DNA of 64,000 nt from Lytechinus pictus (taxonomy: Eukaryota), in assembly GCF_037042905.1 (NCBI RefSeq), contig NC_087245.1:10170001-10234000 (forward strand). Reading direction: 5' to 3'. The notes beneath the pieces are model-generated. The model worked only from the letters and a program-made list of their open reading frames with translations. It searched no databases and had not been told where the DNA came from. This document shows positions 37,022 through 49,086 of the stretch, piece after piece. A program made the position numbers and the translations under genes. Within the stretch, counting starts at the first letter, position 1. Each line of letters starts with the position of its first letter.

Positions 37022-38189
37022 AACCCTGTCCTACACTTATCAGCATGATTTTTGAAAATGGTACTTATACAGTCTAAATCCAGCTCTACTGGTGTGAAAA
37101 TTTTCAAGGTGATAACATGATCAGCAGCCAGGATCATTAGGAGGGTTACATTCACCCCCCCCAAAAAAAAAAAAAAAAAAACGTATTTGAATAATTACAC
37201 CATTAAAATCTATTAAAAAATACATATTTTTTTTTTTTAATAATGAAAAATCTTATTATTCAGTTTTGTGCATGTGCATATTTTTGAGGCGATCACAAAA
37301 TCAGAGTGGCTGAGATCTGAATTGGGGGTCAAATTGACCCCTTTCCCCCAAAAAAAAGCTGGTCTGAATTAACCCAGTTTACGTAGGGTTACTTTTCAGT
37401 AACAAGGGGGTGCATATTTTGCCAGTGCACCATTAGCTGAATTTTTTCAAATTTTTTGAGACACAATTTGCAACGCCCAGGTACACAGTTCTGAGAGCAA
37501 CAACCATTTGCTAAGGGCTTGTCAGACCCAAAATTGCTTTTGCAATGCCCAGGTACACAGTTCCGAGAGTAACCACCATTTGCTAAGTGCTTGTCAGACC
37601 CAAAATCGATGATGTGGAGCTAATCCAGCATCTTGCAACAAAATTTAAAACAATTTTTAATTTCAGCCCAGTTGACGGTTTAGTGAATTATATTGGAAAC
37701 ATAATTTGAGAAAACAGAATTTAATTTGAGAAAACAGAATTTAAATTGATGAGGAAATGACAGAGAAGAAGCGATATATGTGATTTATGAAAAAAATTCG
37801 TATAAATTTGCATAATTTTCTAGTCAAAATTTCTAAATTCTGTGTAAAACCTTGGTGAACCTCATGTAGCTCTCAGTTGGAACCAAAAAAAAAAATTATA
37901 ATCCGTCAACAAGTAAATAAGCATTTCTTCTGAGTTTTGAAAAATATGCATAATTAGCATATTCAATGATCGAGTTTCAAAATTCTGTGTAGAAGTTTTG
38001 TATTCCAACCTAGAGCTATCATATAAAGCAAACAAAATTGAAATTGATCAATAATGAAGAAGAAAAAGCATTTAGTGATTTATGAATAAATTTTGCATAA
38101 ATTAGCATAAATAAATTTCTAGTTAAATTTTTAAAATCTGTGTGGAAATTTGGTGACCCTCATGTAGCTCTACCAGATGGAAGAAAACA

Positions 38190-39894
38190 CTAGAACTTTA
38201 ATTCGTCATGAGGACGAATTAGGTGATCTGTCTCTGATTTTCATGATCACGAATACAATCACCATGTTTATTGAGATCAATACGATGATCATATTGAAAA
38301 CTGAACTTTTATTACGAAGAGAACATGTTGAATACCCTTGAAAAGAGGGAAATGAAAAGTTTTGTGAAATAAGTGTTACACATGGTATATGTACAAGTTA
38401 TAATAAAAGGGTTTTAAAACTATTTTATTGTGCAATATATACCTTGTAATGGTCATAAAGGACCATTTGTGAAATGTTGAAAATAAACAAAAAAGAAAAA
38501 AAAATTCTCATATTCACCCCTGGGCTCGAACCCTCGACCCTAAGGACGTAAGTCTGGTGCCTTATCAACTGAGCTACACTATTTCCCATAGACTAATACA
38601 CATAAGCACTATTTCCCATAGACTTTACACATAAGCAAATTGAGGGGATCTCAAATCCAATTTTTCAAGAAAAATACGGGCATGATCCCGGCTTCTTATC
38701 AGAAAAATAAGACCAGATTGCGATAGCTTACAATCTCAGCTACATTATACTCCAAGCTAAGAGAAAACCGACGATTAGAAATGGAGATATGGCTCGCGAA
38801 ATAGAGGAATGTAAAATCCAGTTTTGAGAAAAAGCCATTTCCCATAGAGATTGCACACAAAATGAGCGAAAATGACATGCCTCTATAACTTGCCATTTTT
38901 CAGGATGATCCGTTCCTTTAAATGTTAATATAGCCATTACGTTAGAAAGAGTATGTATTCAGCTACAACATGTAAAAAAACTGGGCGAAAATTGACCAAT
39001 ATTTACGGAGTTATAGTCATATTTGCAAAATTATTAAAACGTCATAAAACAAAAATGGAAAATTTTAGTTCCGACGCCATTTTGATGACGTCATGATAAA
39101 ATTTAGGGTCAAATGTGACATGAAATCACATCTACAATTCATACTCTATCGGAATATAAAAGAATATTTGAGGGTCAACGGACTATCCGAAGAGTTATAT
39201 TAAATTTTGTAAAGGCATGTTTTTCCACATATTTGGCCTATAGTGAACGCGCGCGTGCGCGCGTTATTAAAAATTTGATAGAAGCTAATTCCTTTACTAC
39301 TGGTCGTAGAAGGTTGATCAAGGAATCAAATTAATCAGAATTTCATAATAAATGCATTGATGTAAAAGAAATGGCGATTTTACATTGCGTAACGACGTTA
39401 CGCGCGTGAACGCGCGCGAAAACGCGTGAGCACGCAAATTCTTGAAATGCTTCAAATGACCTGATTCGTACTCTACTTTGATCAAAAAGTGATTTTGAGC
39501 ATTTTGAAATTTTGACGCGCGCGTACATGCGCGTCGTGACGTGTTAATGACGTTTGATCACATGGACAGTTGACCCATGATCTGAAGTTAATTTCATGTT
39601 AATATTGTTCATTTTTGATGATTGATGATGAAGATATTGTTGATAATGTGATTTTACAAAATGGCGCGTAGATGACGTCACGATGACCATTTGACGTTGA
39701 ACTTGTTTCGTACACATCGCATTATAACTGTGCATAATTGATAATAATTTGATGAAAATTGATAGAACAGTTTTTCTGATTTTGGTGGAACAAGAAAAGG
39801 GTGGAAAAAGAAAAATAAATAAAAAGAATAAATAAATAAAAAAGAAAATTCGTAGAAACACAAGAGGTGATCTGTCAACAGACAGATCACCTAA
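38190..39894 (-). mobile_element. Helitron/Helentron-type non-autonomous element X (1.7 kb), copy 1
   Basis: The minus-strand 3' end is a hairpin TAATTCGTCCTCATGACGAATTA followed by CTAG. SubTIR TAGGTGATCTGTC / GACAGATCACCTA, no TSD, colinear with 56010-57737. Confidence 0.85.
38515..38580 (-). ncRNA. tRNA-derived Pol III unit inside element X
   Basis: AGTGTAGCTCAGTTGATAAGGCACCAGACTTACGTCCTTAGGGTCGAGGGTTCGAGCCCAGGGGTG: A-box TAGCTCAGTTG, B-box GGTTCGAGCCC, T-run about 10 nt downstream. Confidence 0.6.
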
Positions 39895-40392
39895 CTAGAT
39901 ATTTGACGTGTCCAAAGAATTCGGATGCCCCCGCTTAATGCCATCAAAAATTCATTCAAAATGATTGAAATTAATATCGTGCAGAAACCAATATGCATAT
40001 AATGAAAAAATTTAGACCTTTGACCTAAAGACTCACCCTTTCCATAATAATATCTGACAGAAGATATGACAGTCAGGTTATTTGATTTGAACCTGACTGC
40101 ATTTTGGTGTCATCTACCAAGACACCAAACATTTTTAATATCTGGTGAATATTTCCAAAGTTATCATGCGGAAACCAAATCGCATATTTAATGAACTGTG
40201 ACCTTTGACCTGCGGACTCCGAATTTGAACTTGGCCTGTATTTTGGTGTCATCTACCTACACACCCTAAATCTTTAAAATCCATTAAATATTTTTCGAGT
40301 TATTGCATGGAAACCAAGTGGGGGGACGGACGGACAAACAAACAGGGGCAAAACTTAATGCCCCCTCCTCATTTCGTCTGTGGGGGCATAAA
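39895..40392 (-). mobile_element. HINE family 3 abutting element X
   Basis: CTAG terminus at 39895, subTIR ATGCCCCC / GGGGGCAT, ~150-bp tandem cores with GACCTTTGACCT, and a GGAC/AAAC microsatellite at 40324-40345. Confidence 0.75.
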
Positions 40393-41564
40393 AATTCAAA
40401 ATCGGTTAACAAATACAGAAGAGGCATTTTCTGTGATTTATGAATAAATTTCACATAAATTAGTGTAATAATTTTCTACTCAAAATTTCAAAATACAGTG
40501 AAGTTTGGTAAACCTCATGAAGCTCTACCAGATGGAAGAAAATAATCAACATCTGTCAACAAATGAAGAAGCATTTTAAGTAAATTTTGAAAATATGCAT
40601 GAATTAGCATTTAACAATTTCTAATCTAAATTTCAAAATTCTGTGTAAGAGGGTTGAATCCCCCACCTAGTGCTATCATATAAAGCAAACATAATTGAAA
40701 TTGGACTTGAAATGATGAAGAAGAAGCACTTTGAAATTGTTGGTGGACGACGCAAACCACGCAACGGCATAAGCTCATCTCGCCCTTCGGGCCAGATTAG
40801 CTACAAATTAAAAGTTTAGACAAAAGGAAATAATAATAGATTTACAAAACACTTAAATACCTAGGAAATAAATCATGTTTAATTTTTTAGTAGATATTGT
40901 TACATTGAAATTTTTTTTTTTAGCCAAATAGCATTCTGCTTCATGTAGTTAAAGTGAGTTAAAGGCAAAACCAATAAACCAATAAAAAAAGAGTTCAGAA
41001 TTTCAAATTACAATCTTGGGGTACTATTGTGAAATCCATTTTATATCCGTTAAAATAAAATATTTGATCAAATCAGTGAGATAAAATACCCTTAAAATCT
41101 CTCTGAAATGTCTGATTTTGTATTCCGAGTACTAGTTTATCTTCATTTTACATGTCTCTCTATAAGACACACCTATTATTTAAACAATATCCAATGAGAA
41201 AGGCTGTTCTATACCATCTCACTCAACCAATGAAAATCCAGTCCGCGAGGAGGAATGTGGCAAAGAAGTGACATTGCCAAATGAAACTCAAATGTGCTTG
41301 CACTATAAGCTAATGCATCTTTACAGGGATTTCTTTTTTTTTAAATGACAAAAATCTGTGTAGGATTAGATAGGCGATGGGTATGTATTATGTACGTATG
41401 TCCACGCAAGCACTGATCTGCTGCATGTAGATACACAGAAAAAAATTTCAGTCCTATATTTCATATAAATTAAAGTTGTTATTAAGTATTATGTATACTA
41501 TTTTTCTCACTTTCTCTTTTTTGACATGCATCAATGCCTTTCTAATTGGTCTTGCGATTGTTAA

Positions 41565-42304
41565 AGGCTTGGTCCCACTGCACTTGAGGATGCAGAAAGG
41601 ATGTAAAACGTAAAAGAATCTATCCATCCATTGGAAAATGTTATGTATCTGTTGTGTACTCTTTGCGTACATGTTTCATACGCTCTATATCCATTGTGAT
41701 TAATTGTTCGCCCATTTTGTCGATTGTCTGGAGTGGGCGAAAAGGGATAGAGCCACCCCAAAATTTTGCTTGTCCACTGTGTCCACTATAGGTGGTTTCA
41801 GACCGCCTCAAAGTTTTGTCAGTTCCAGGTATTCTCTGATCGGGAAATTTACCCCGATCAGAAAATACCAGGTATTTTGGTAATGTGAAAGCAAACTACG
41901 CGTAATTTCCCCGAAAGAAAATACCCGCTAAATAGTAGGTACTTGGCGAAATTACGAGAACTTTCGCGGGGATTTTTCCAAGGTCGCAGGTATTTTGGCA
42001 ATGTGAAAGCAATTTACGGGAACTTTTAGCCCAGCGTATTGTTGGGCGCGGGCGCCGTGGGTGGCTGCTGGGCTAGTGGTTTTGAATCTCGCGCCTTGCC
42101 TGCTTATTAGACCATACTGCGCATGCTCCTAACTTCAGGAATTTATCCCAAAGGGTATGTTTCGGGGCAGTGTAAATGCAGGAATAATTAATGGGTATTT
42201 TTTAACCTAAAAATGTTCTCGTAATTTAACGGGGATTCTTGTGATCGAGGCGGTTTGAAACCGCCTAATGAGTATGTTTTGTGGCTGTCGGCATAGGACC
42301 AGCC
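41565..42304. mobile_element. Harbinger-like MITE split by a second MITE
   Basis: GGCTTGGTCCCACTG ... GGCATAGGACCAGCC ends; homologous to 13010-13265 on both sides of the insertion. Confidence 0.65.
41790..42266. mobile_element. Harbinger-like MITE
   Basis: TIRs AGGTGGTTTCAGACCGCCTC / GAGGCGGTTTGAAACCGCCT in an AT-rich 3-bp target. Confidence 0.88.
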
Positions 42305-43037
42305 TGAGGCCTTAAGCCCTTTCCAATAGTGATGTGCCCAATAGAGATATATATGCTAAGTATAAAGATTGGTTGGAAATGTAAAGCAAGGTATCCAGTA
42401 GTAACCCCTTTCAAAATTAACCACAGTGTTCCATATCTCTAAGTGATTCATTTATAGTACATTACCAAGATGTCAATCTACACCTGAGGAGCATTTCATT
42501 AATGTTGCTACCCTGTTTGGCGTTCAACGATTAAAGGGATAGAGCCTCGTCGATCTGGCGCTGCTCAGCAGTTGCCAGGCCCACGATCAATTGGGCAAAC
42601 CGGCAAATTTTTGAAGTATTCAATTTCATGTCTATTTCGAACAATATAGATTTTTTTTTTTTTTTAAGGACTTGTTGAACATTTCAAAGTCAAGGAGAGT
42701 TGTCAGATCTGACAACCTGTCAGACAAAAATATTGATGATCTCATAATCATTTTCACCAAGTATCACTTTGACCAGATCCAAACAGGGCATATTCTTTAT
42801 TTGACCTACAGTAGGTACAGTAAGAAGAACACTGTGGTTAACTTTGAACCCTATAACCTAGTAGGATGAAACTTTGTCATATGTAGGTCTATTGCCCATC
42901 AAAAAATAATAACAATTGCTTGCTTGTAAGGCAGCCATATTGCAAATGGCATGCTATATGTAACAGAAAAATGAACAATAATAAAATTAGTGGCAACAAA
43001 AAATGCTCCAGAAACATATTGCTCACATGGGTGATAC

Positions 43038-43520
43038 CTAATAAACCCTAATTAAACATATTAACAATAAACTCCCAACTCCTCCTCACACCCGCTCCCA
43101 CATACTCTAACATCACTATCGCCCTACGAATTACCCCCCTTTCCTCCTCTACCCCCTGCTCCTCTTCCCCCTGCTCCCCCTGCTCCTCCTCCCCCTCCTC
43201 CCCTTCCTCCCTAATTACATGTAACCTAAACCCCAACTCCCTTGCCGTACTTGCCTTAAACCCCAACACCGCCTCTGCCCACTGGTCCCACTCCTCCCCC
43301 CACTCTTCCGCCTCCTCCCCCTCCCCGCCCACTCCAACCACCTCCTCACCTTCCATATCCCAAACCACCACCTCCGCCCCAACCTCCGGTACCCCCAGAT
43401 CCTCCCCTTCCTGCTCCCCCTGCACCTCCCCATCCACCACTCCCACCCCACATCCCTCCACTCCCACCTGCTCCTCGACATCTTCATGTACTCCTCCTCT
43501 AATGGCGAGTTGCATTCGAT
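43038..43520 (-). pseudogene. Symmetric phase 1-1 exon (483 nt) encoding an acidic E/G/V-rich segment, with one TAG four codons before the donor
   Basis: Acceptor ctattctgttctcttccAG and donor AG|GTATCA; 161 codons; contains ORF 43048..43515. Could instead be a terminal coding exon. Confidence 0.6.
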
Positions 43521-43975
43521 CTGGAAGAGAACAGAATAGATATCATTATCAATATTAATCTCATATTACAGAAGCACATAGTTAACATCACAATGTTACC
43601 AGTTCCAAGCTGAACAAAATCACCCACATAAAACATGAAAAATACACAAAATTTATCAAGTGCTTTACATTTCAAAGCACTTGATAAGAATATTACAATA
43701 TATTCAGGAATTGAAATAGAAAATATAAATAAATTAACAACACAATCAATGTGTGAATCGATTCACTTCAAGTTCAACCAATACTGATAATTGACATGAC
43801 GAAAAACCTCCATTTGAGAACATACCCCAGTTTTTCTCAATGAATTCTCTTCTCCAAGTACGACAAACCCTACTGCCCCAGGCATGCAATGTAAGTATCA
43901 AAACACCTGTTTCTTGACCTCGGTCCGAAGATAACACAACAGCCCGAGCGCGGTCCGGGAAAACATGTCGCCGTT

Positions 43976-44945
43976 TTTGTCTCACCTGCATAGCAGAGTG
44001 AGACTATAGGCGCCGCTTTTCCGACGGCGACGGCGGCGGCGACGGCGGCGGCGACGGCGTCAACACCAAATCTTAACCTGAGGTTAAGTTTTTGAAATGA
44101 CAGCATAACTTAGAAAGTATATGGACCTAGTTCATGAAACTTGGCCATAAGGTTAATCAAGTATTACTGAACATCCTGCCTGAGTTTCATGTCACATGAC
44201 CAAGGTCAAAGGTCATTTAGGGTCAATGAACTTAGACCATGTTGGGGGAATCAACATCAAAATCTTAACCTAAGGTTAAGTTTTTGAAATGTCATCATAA
44301 CTTGGAAAATATATGGACCTAGTTCATGAAACTTATACATAAGGTTAATCAAGTATCACTAAACATCCTGCATGAGTTTCATGTCACATGACCAAGGTCA
44401 AAGGTCATTTAGGGTCAATGAACTTTGGCCGAATTGGGGGTATCTGTTGAATTACCATCATAACTTTGAAAGTTTATGGATCTGATTCATGAAACTTGGA
44501 CATAATAGTAATCAAGTATTACTAAACATCCTGTGCAAGTTTCAGGTCACATGATCAAGGTCAAAGGTCATTTAGGGTCAATGAACTTTGGCCAAATTGG
44601 GGTATTTGTTGAATTACAGCCATAAATTTGAAAGTGTGTTGGTCTAGTTCATAAAACTTGGACATAATAGTAATCAAGTATCACTGAACATCCTGTGCGA
44701 GTTTCAGGTCACATGATCAAGGTCAAAGGTCATGTAAGGTCAAAGAACTTTGGCCACGTTGGGGGTATTTGTTGAATTGCCATCATATCTCTATAAGTGT
44801 ATTGGTCTAGTTCATAAAACGTGGAAATAAGAGTAACCAAGTATCACTGAACATCTTGTGCGAGTTATAGTAGTTTTCAAAATCAGCACTGCTGCTATAT
44901 TGAATCGCGTGATGCAGGTGAGACGGCCAGAGGCATTCCACTTGT
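43976..44945 (+). mobile_element. HINE/Helentron family 1, apparently complete young copy
   Basis: SubTIRs GTCTCACCTGCAT / ATGCAGGTGAGAC, 5' internal IR, (CGG/CGA)n microsatellite, four 162-192-bp cores. Inserted into a T-run with no TSD; the empty site is visible at 46495-46500. Confidence 0.92.
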
Positions 44946-45199
44946 TTATTCACTTACTTTCCTTATTTCGAGGTTGATTTTCTTCGTTCGAAATTGAAAA
45001 TGGGCTAGCATTGAATTTCTGAATACAATATGCCTTTGAAAACGTGATTAAATATCGAATACAATAATTTAATTCCGAAGGTCCTTCTACAGGCAGAGAA
45101 GACTTACGTAATAGCACAGCTTTTGTTTATCATTTCGTCCTTGGCTCAACGCTCATAATCTGGCCTGTGGGGATTACCTGGCCAAGCGGGGTTGATCAG

Positions 45200-45340
45200 G
45201 CGGGTGTTTCATAAAGCTGTTCGTAAGTTAAGAGCGACTGGTGATCCTGTCTTGCGGTAAATGGTACAAACCATTGGCGATGATCACCAGTCGTTGTTAA
45301 AGTCGCTCTTAACTTACGAACAGCTTTATGAAACGACCCC
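45200..45340. mobile_element. Harbinger-like MITE carried inside element B
   Basis: TIR core GTTTCATAAAGCTGTTCGTAAGTTAAGAGCGACT, TSD CAG. Present in all three B copies and related to 23884-24053. Confidence 0.9.
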
Positions 45341-45994
45341 CAGGGCTTGGAAATTATTTTTTAGATTTCAAATGCAAAATGGGGTCTAATACCGCAGTTT
45401 GCAATCTGAACTGCGGTATTTCTGCAAATGGGGGTTTGACGTAATGGAGATCATAACAATCAAGGTAATGTTAGATTTAGAAACAGAAAAAGTGAAAACG
45501 AAATATTGAGTGAAAATTGATTTTATTTTCAAGATTTAAAACAGAAAAACAGTAATTTTTAATTTCAATATTTTGATTCAAGAATTAAATATGTAAAAAC
45601 GGGAAAACAGCAAAAGGTTTGTTTTTTATTTTAATTTTCCCTTTGAAAAACACCAAATTGAATTGAAATCTGTTTCCTTCTTCTGTTTCGCCTTCACAAA
45701 ACAGAAACTTAATTGAGTGCGCCTTCTTATTTCCTTTTTTCGTTTCGAAATTAGACACACAAATTATCTGCTCGTACCGCCGTTAAGGTACAATTAGATA
45801 ATTCCTTTTCCTTTGGCCAAACGGAATACTGCTGAAGATCTTAAAAAAGGAACGGAGCCAGAACTGAGCACCTTTATGACTGGCCGGTCATGCGAAACCT
45901 TGACGTCTATATTCACTTAGCCCATATTCTCAACTGAAAACTCTGGATTAAAGTTGTGGTTCAACTATGGAGAGCCAATGGGGCACAAATCCCT

Positions 45995-46681
45995 CATTAC
46001 GTCAGACCCCCATTTGCAGAAATACCGCAGTTCAGATTGCAAACTGCGGTATTAGACCCCATTTTGCATTTGAAATCTAAAAAATCATTTCCAAGCCCTG
46101 GGGGTCGTTTCATAAAGCTGTTCGTAAGTTAAGAGCGACTTTAACAACGACTGGTGATCATCGCCAATGGTTTGTACCATTTACCGCAAGACAGGATCAC
46201 CAGTCGCTCTTAACTTACGAACAGCTTTATGAAACACCCGCCTGATCAACCCCGCTTGGCTAGGTAATCCCCCACAGGCCAGATTATGAGCGTTGAGTCA
46301 AGGACGAAATTATAAACAACAGCTGTGCTATTACGTAAGTCTTCTCTGCCTGTAGAAGGACCTTCGGAATTAGATTATTGTATTCGATATTTAATCACGT
46401 TTTCAAAGGCATATTGTATTCAGAAATTCAATGCTAGCCCATTTTCAATTTCGAACGAAGAAAATCAACCTCGAAATAAGGAAAGTAAGTGAATAAAAAA
46501 TGGCGACATGTTTTCCCGGACCGCACTCGGGCTGTTGCGTTATCTTCAGACCGAGGTCAAGAAATAGGTGTTTTGATACTTACATTGCATGCCTGGGGCA
46601 GTAGGGTTTTCGTACTTGGAGAAGAGAATTCATTGAGAAAAACTGGGGTATAGTGTTCTCAAATGGAGGTTTTTCGTCATG
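45995..46681 (-). mobile_element. Element B copy 2, inverted
   Basis: Near-identical reverse complement of copy 1 without the HINE. CT on both flanks (45993-45994, 46682-46683). Confidence 0.88.
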
Positions 46682-47254
46682 CTAACAGTACACAATTATA
46701 AATTAAATCACCTGACACCCAAATTGTTCATAATTGTCTGGGAATGATAACTCAGCCATTCCATTGTGCCTCACATGACATTGACACAAACTTTCAACTT
46801 CTTAAGATTAATTACTTGAAAATCGTACATTGCAGACTTGTTTTTCCTATTTATTTCTATATCAAAGTATTGATAATACATTGTCCAACAAAAATTTTGA
46901 ATTTACAGTTGTTTTTGTAGGAGATATTTAAATTTGTTTGTTGTGACTTACGTTAACACTATATTGATTTGTCTGTAATTTCCGAGAAGATACTTGCCAG
47001 ATTTTGATAACATTTTCTGGAGAGTATTTTGAAAAGTCTGGAAATGTCATGTTAAAAATTCATAGACGCCTGTTTATTGTTTTGAGTCAGTTGCCATTTG
47101 AAAATGTGACTTGCATGACACAGGAGTGTGACTCGCATGATAAGTATCATTTTGGACTACAAATAGAATAAATTATCATGATTTATACAGTAAAATCTGC
47201 AAAATTTCTTTCAAAAAAAATATTTATAGTCATTTGCATCCCCTTTATCTTTAA

Positions 47255-47838
47255 AGGAGAATGAAACTCTTGGAGCAAGTTAGCTTTTGTGAAAGCAGAA
47301 AAATCAAAGAATAAGATCAACAAAAGTTTGAGTAAAATAGGACTAGCAATAGAAGAGTTATGAGCATTTGAATGTCGAGATCACTAATGCTATGGAGATC
47401 CTCCCATTGGCAACGCAAACAAGATCTATGATATCACAGATGAACAACTCTCCCCTTTTGGACACTGAAAATATACCCCAAAACATCTCTTTTTGCTCAT
47501 TCTAATCATATGACAAACGATTCATCAATGATATAATGTTGTGAAACCTCTGTACTTGTCCTCTCATAAAGAGAACACCTCACCTTATGATAGATTCTAT
47601 ATAAGTGAGAATATAAGTGAAATAAGTACTAAAGCAATGAGGGAGTTGTACGTGTGTGACATCACAGATCTTGGTCGCATTGCCAACGGGAGGATCTACA
47701 TGGCATTAGTGATCTCAATATTCAAATGCTCATAACTTTCTTATTATTCATTCAATCTTCCTCAAACTTTCAACAATATGTTTCTTTGATTTTTCTCTTT
47801 GATATGGATTCAGCTGGTTTCAAGGGTTTCATCCTCCT
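47255..47838. mobile_element. Kolobok-like MITE
   Basis: TTAA|AGGAGAATGAAAC ... GTTTCATCCTCCT|TTAA, with long imperfect inverted arms (e.g. 47358-47438 vs 47655-47735). Confidence 0.85.
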
Positions 47839-49086
47839 TTAAAATTAAGGAATTTCAAAGTCATGCACTGATACATCTACTAACATGAAAGTTTACATGT
47901 GGGACTACATATTTTAATGCAAATGTTTCATTATCAATATGCAACAACGATTTTCTAAATAAAAGTAATTACTATTCGGGCCTACATAATTGACATTTTC
48001 CAAACAAAATCACAATTATCCTTTTTCCCAAGAATATCACTCGTTTTGTCATATGACTCGTGTGACATTCCCTAAAAAACTTTCATCTGACTCGCGTGAT
48101 AGCACTTTAGGGTGTTTTTTAACGAACAATTACCGCAGACTAACTCAGAGACTATGCAAATTCAAACAGATGACAAACGATTTTTCAATTCGTCTGGAAA
48201 TTTAAAGATGTTCAAAATTTCCGCGCGAATTTGAATAATCGCAGTTGTTACTTCAGAAGGTGTACAAACCCAAACACGAAGGGTAAATATGATTTACTAT
48301 CAGTTACCATTGAAAACGGTTTTAAAAAATGCCTTTCGCCAGCCATCGCAAGGCATATTTCAGGCAATTTGGTTAGGTGTGAGGGGGCCTTTAACTTGGA
48401 ATTTGAAGCTTAGGATGTCTAGTTACATGGAATGGCTGAACTGAAGTATTTTCTTCATTATGAAAGCAACACGAAACAGAATAGTAAACATAAGAGATAT
48501 AAAATATAAACAGAATCCCCATAATTTTAGCACAGAGTTAAACTATTGTTTAAGTTACTTGTAAACCTGACTTCAGAATACGGGCCAATATATGAGTGCA
48601 GTGTGAGTCGGTCAAGTGGGCAAGCCTAGGCTAGGGCTATATTTGTTCACTATAGCACGGCAGCATCCCGGGTGCCGGCGGCATAGCGCACACATTGGGG
48701 CAGTCAGCATGGTGGCCAGACAAGCCTGGATAATCCACCCCCTCCTCCATCAAAAAAATGCCGCCAAAGTTTGTGCACCAGCAAGTAATCTCTGTTCAAC
48801 AAATTCTTTTAGCCCATTCCATCATTATAGATAAAAGTTTGTATTTTAATGTATTAAAACTAAGATGCATAGATGGAGAGGAGATGCTACATTATTGCAT
48901 AGCCATAGTTTAAAACCAAGGTGGATAGTACATTATTGTTTACATGAAGATTTGACATGGCCGGCCAGCCATAGGTAGTCAGTTCTGGCTCTGCCCCATT
49001 TATAAAAGCTCCAGCAGTTTTCAATATTCTGTTTGGCCAAAGGAAAAGGAATTATCTAATCATACCTTGACAGCGGTACTATCAGA

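Larger units (their letters stand above)
37608..40803 (-). mobile_element. HINE family 2 copy A, split by insertions at 38190-40392
   Basis: Subterminal inverted repeats GAGCTAATCCAG / CCAGATTAGCT and terminal hairpin AGCTCATCTCGCCCTTCGGGCCAGATTAGCT. The core repeat resumes in register at 40393. Confidence 0.8.
43795..45446 (+). mobile_element. Element B copy 1 (CATGACG...CGTAATG DNA transposon, ~680 bp plus a HINE insertion)
   Basis: Short imperfect TIRs CATGACGAAAAACC / GGTTTGACGTAATG, GA on both flanks, colinear with 45995-46681 and 49087-49802. Confidence 0.85.

Noticed and set aside
38515..38580. Functional tRNA genes here and at 56348-56413
   Set aside because: Acceptor and anticodon stems do not pair, and both lie inside a repeat; reported as tRNA-derived only.
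41189..41235. Paired CCAAT boxes
   Set aside because: No TATA/Inr at a suitable distance, and the segment appears to lie in a repeat remnant.
43040..43270. Telomere-like CCCTAA/CCTAAA motifs, or bisulfite-converted contamination
   Set aside because: The motifs are isolated, not tandem. C loss is partial, local to exons and embedded in normal flanks, which does not fit a library artefact, though raw reads should confirm.
43795..46681. A single Mutator/Foldback element with ~680-bp TIRs
   Set aside because: There is no TSD around the whole unit. Each arm has its own short TIRs and flanking duplication, and a third solo copy exists.
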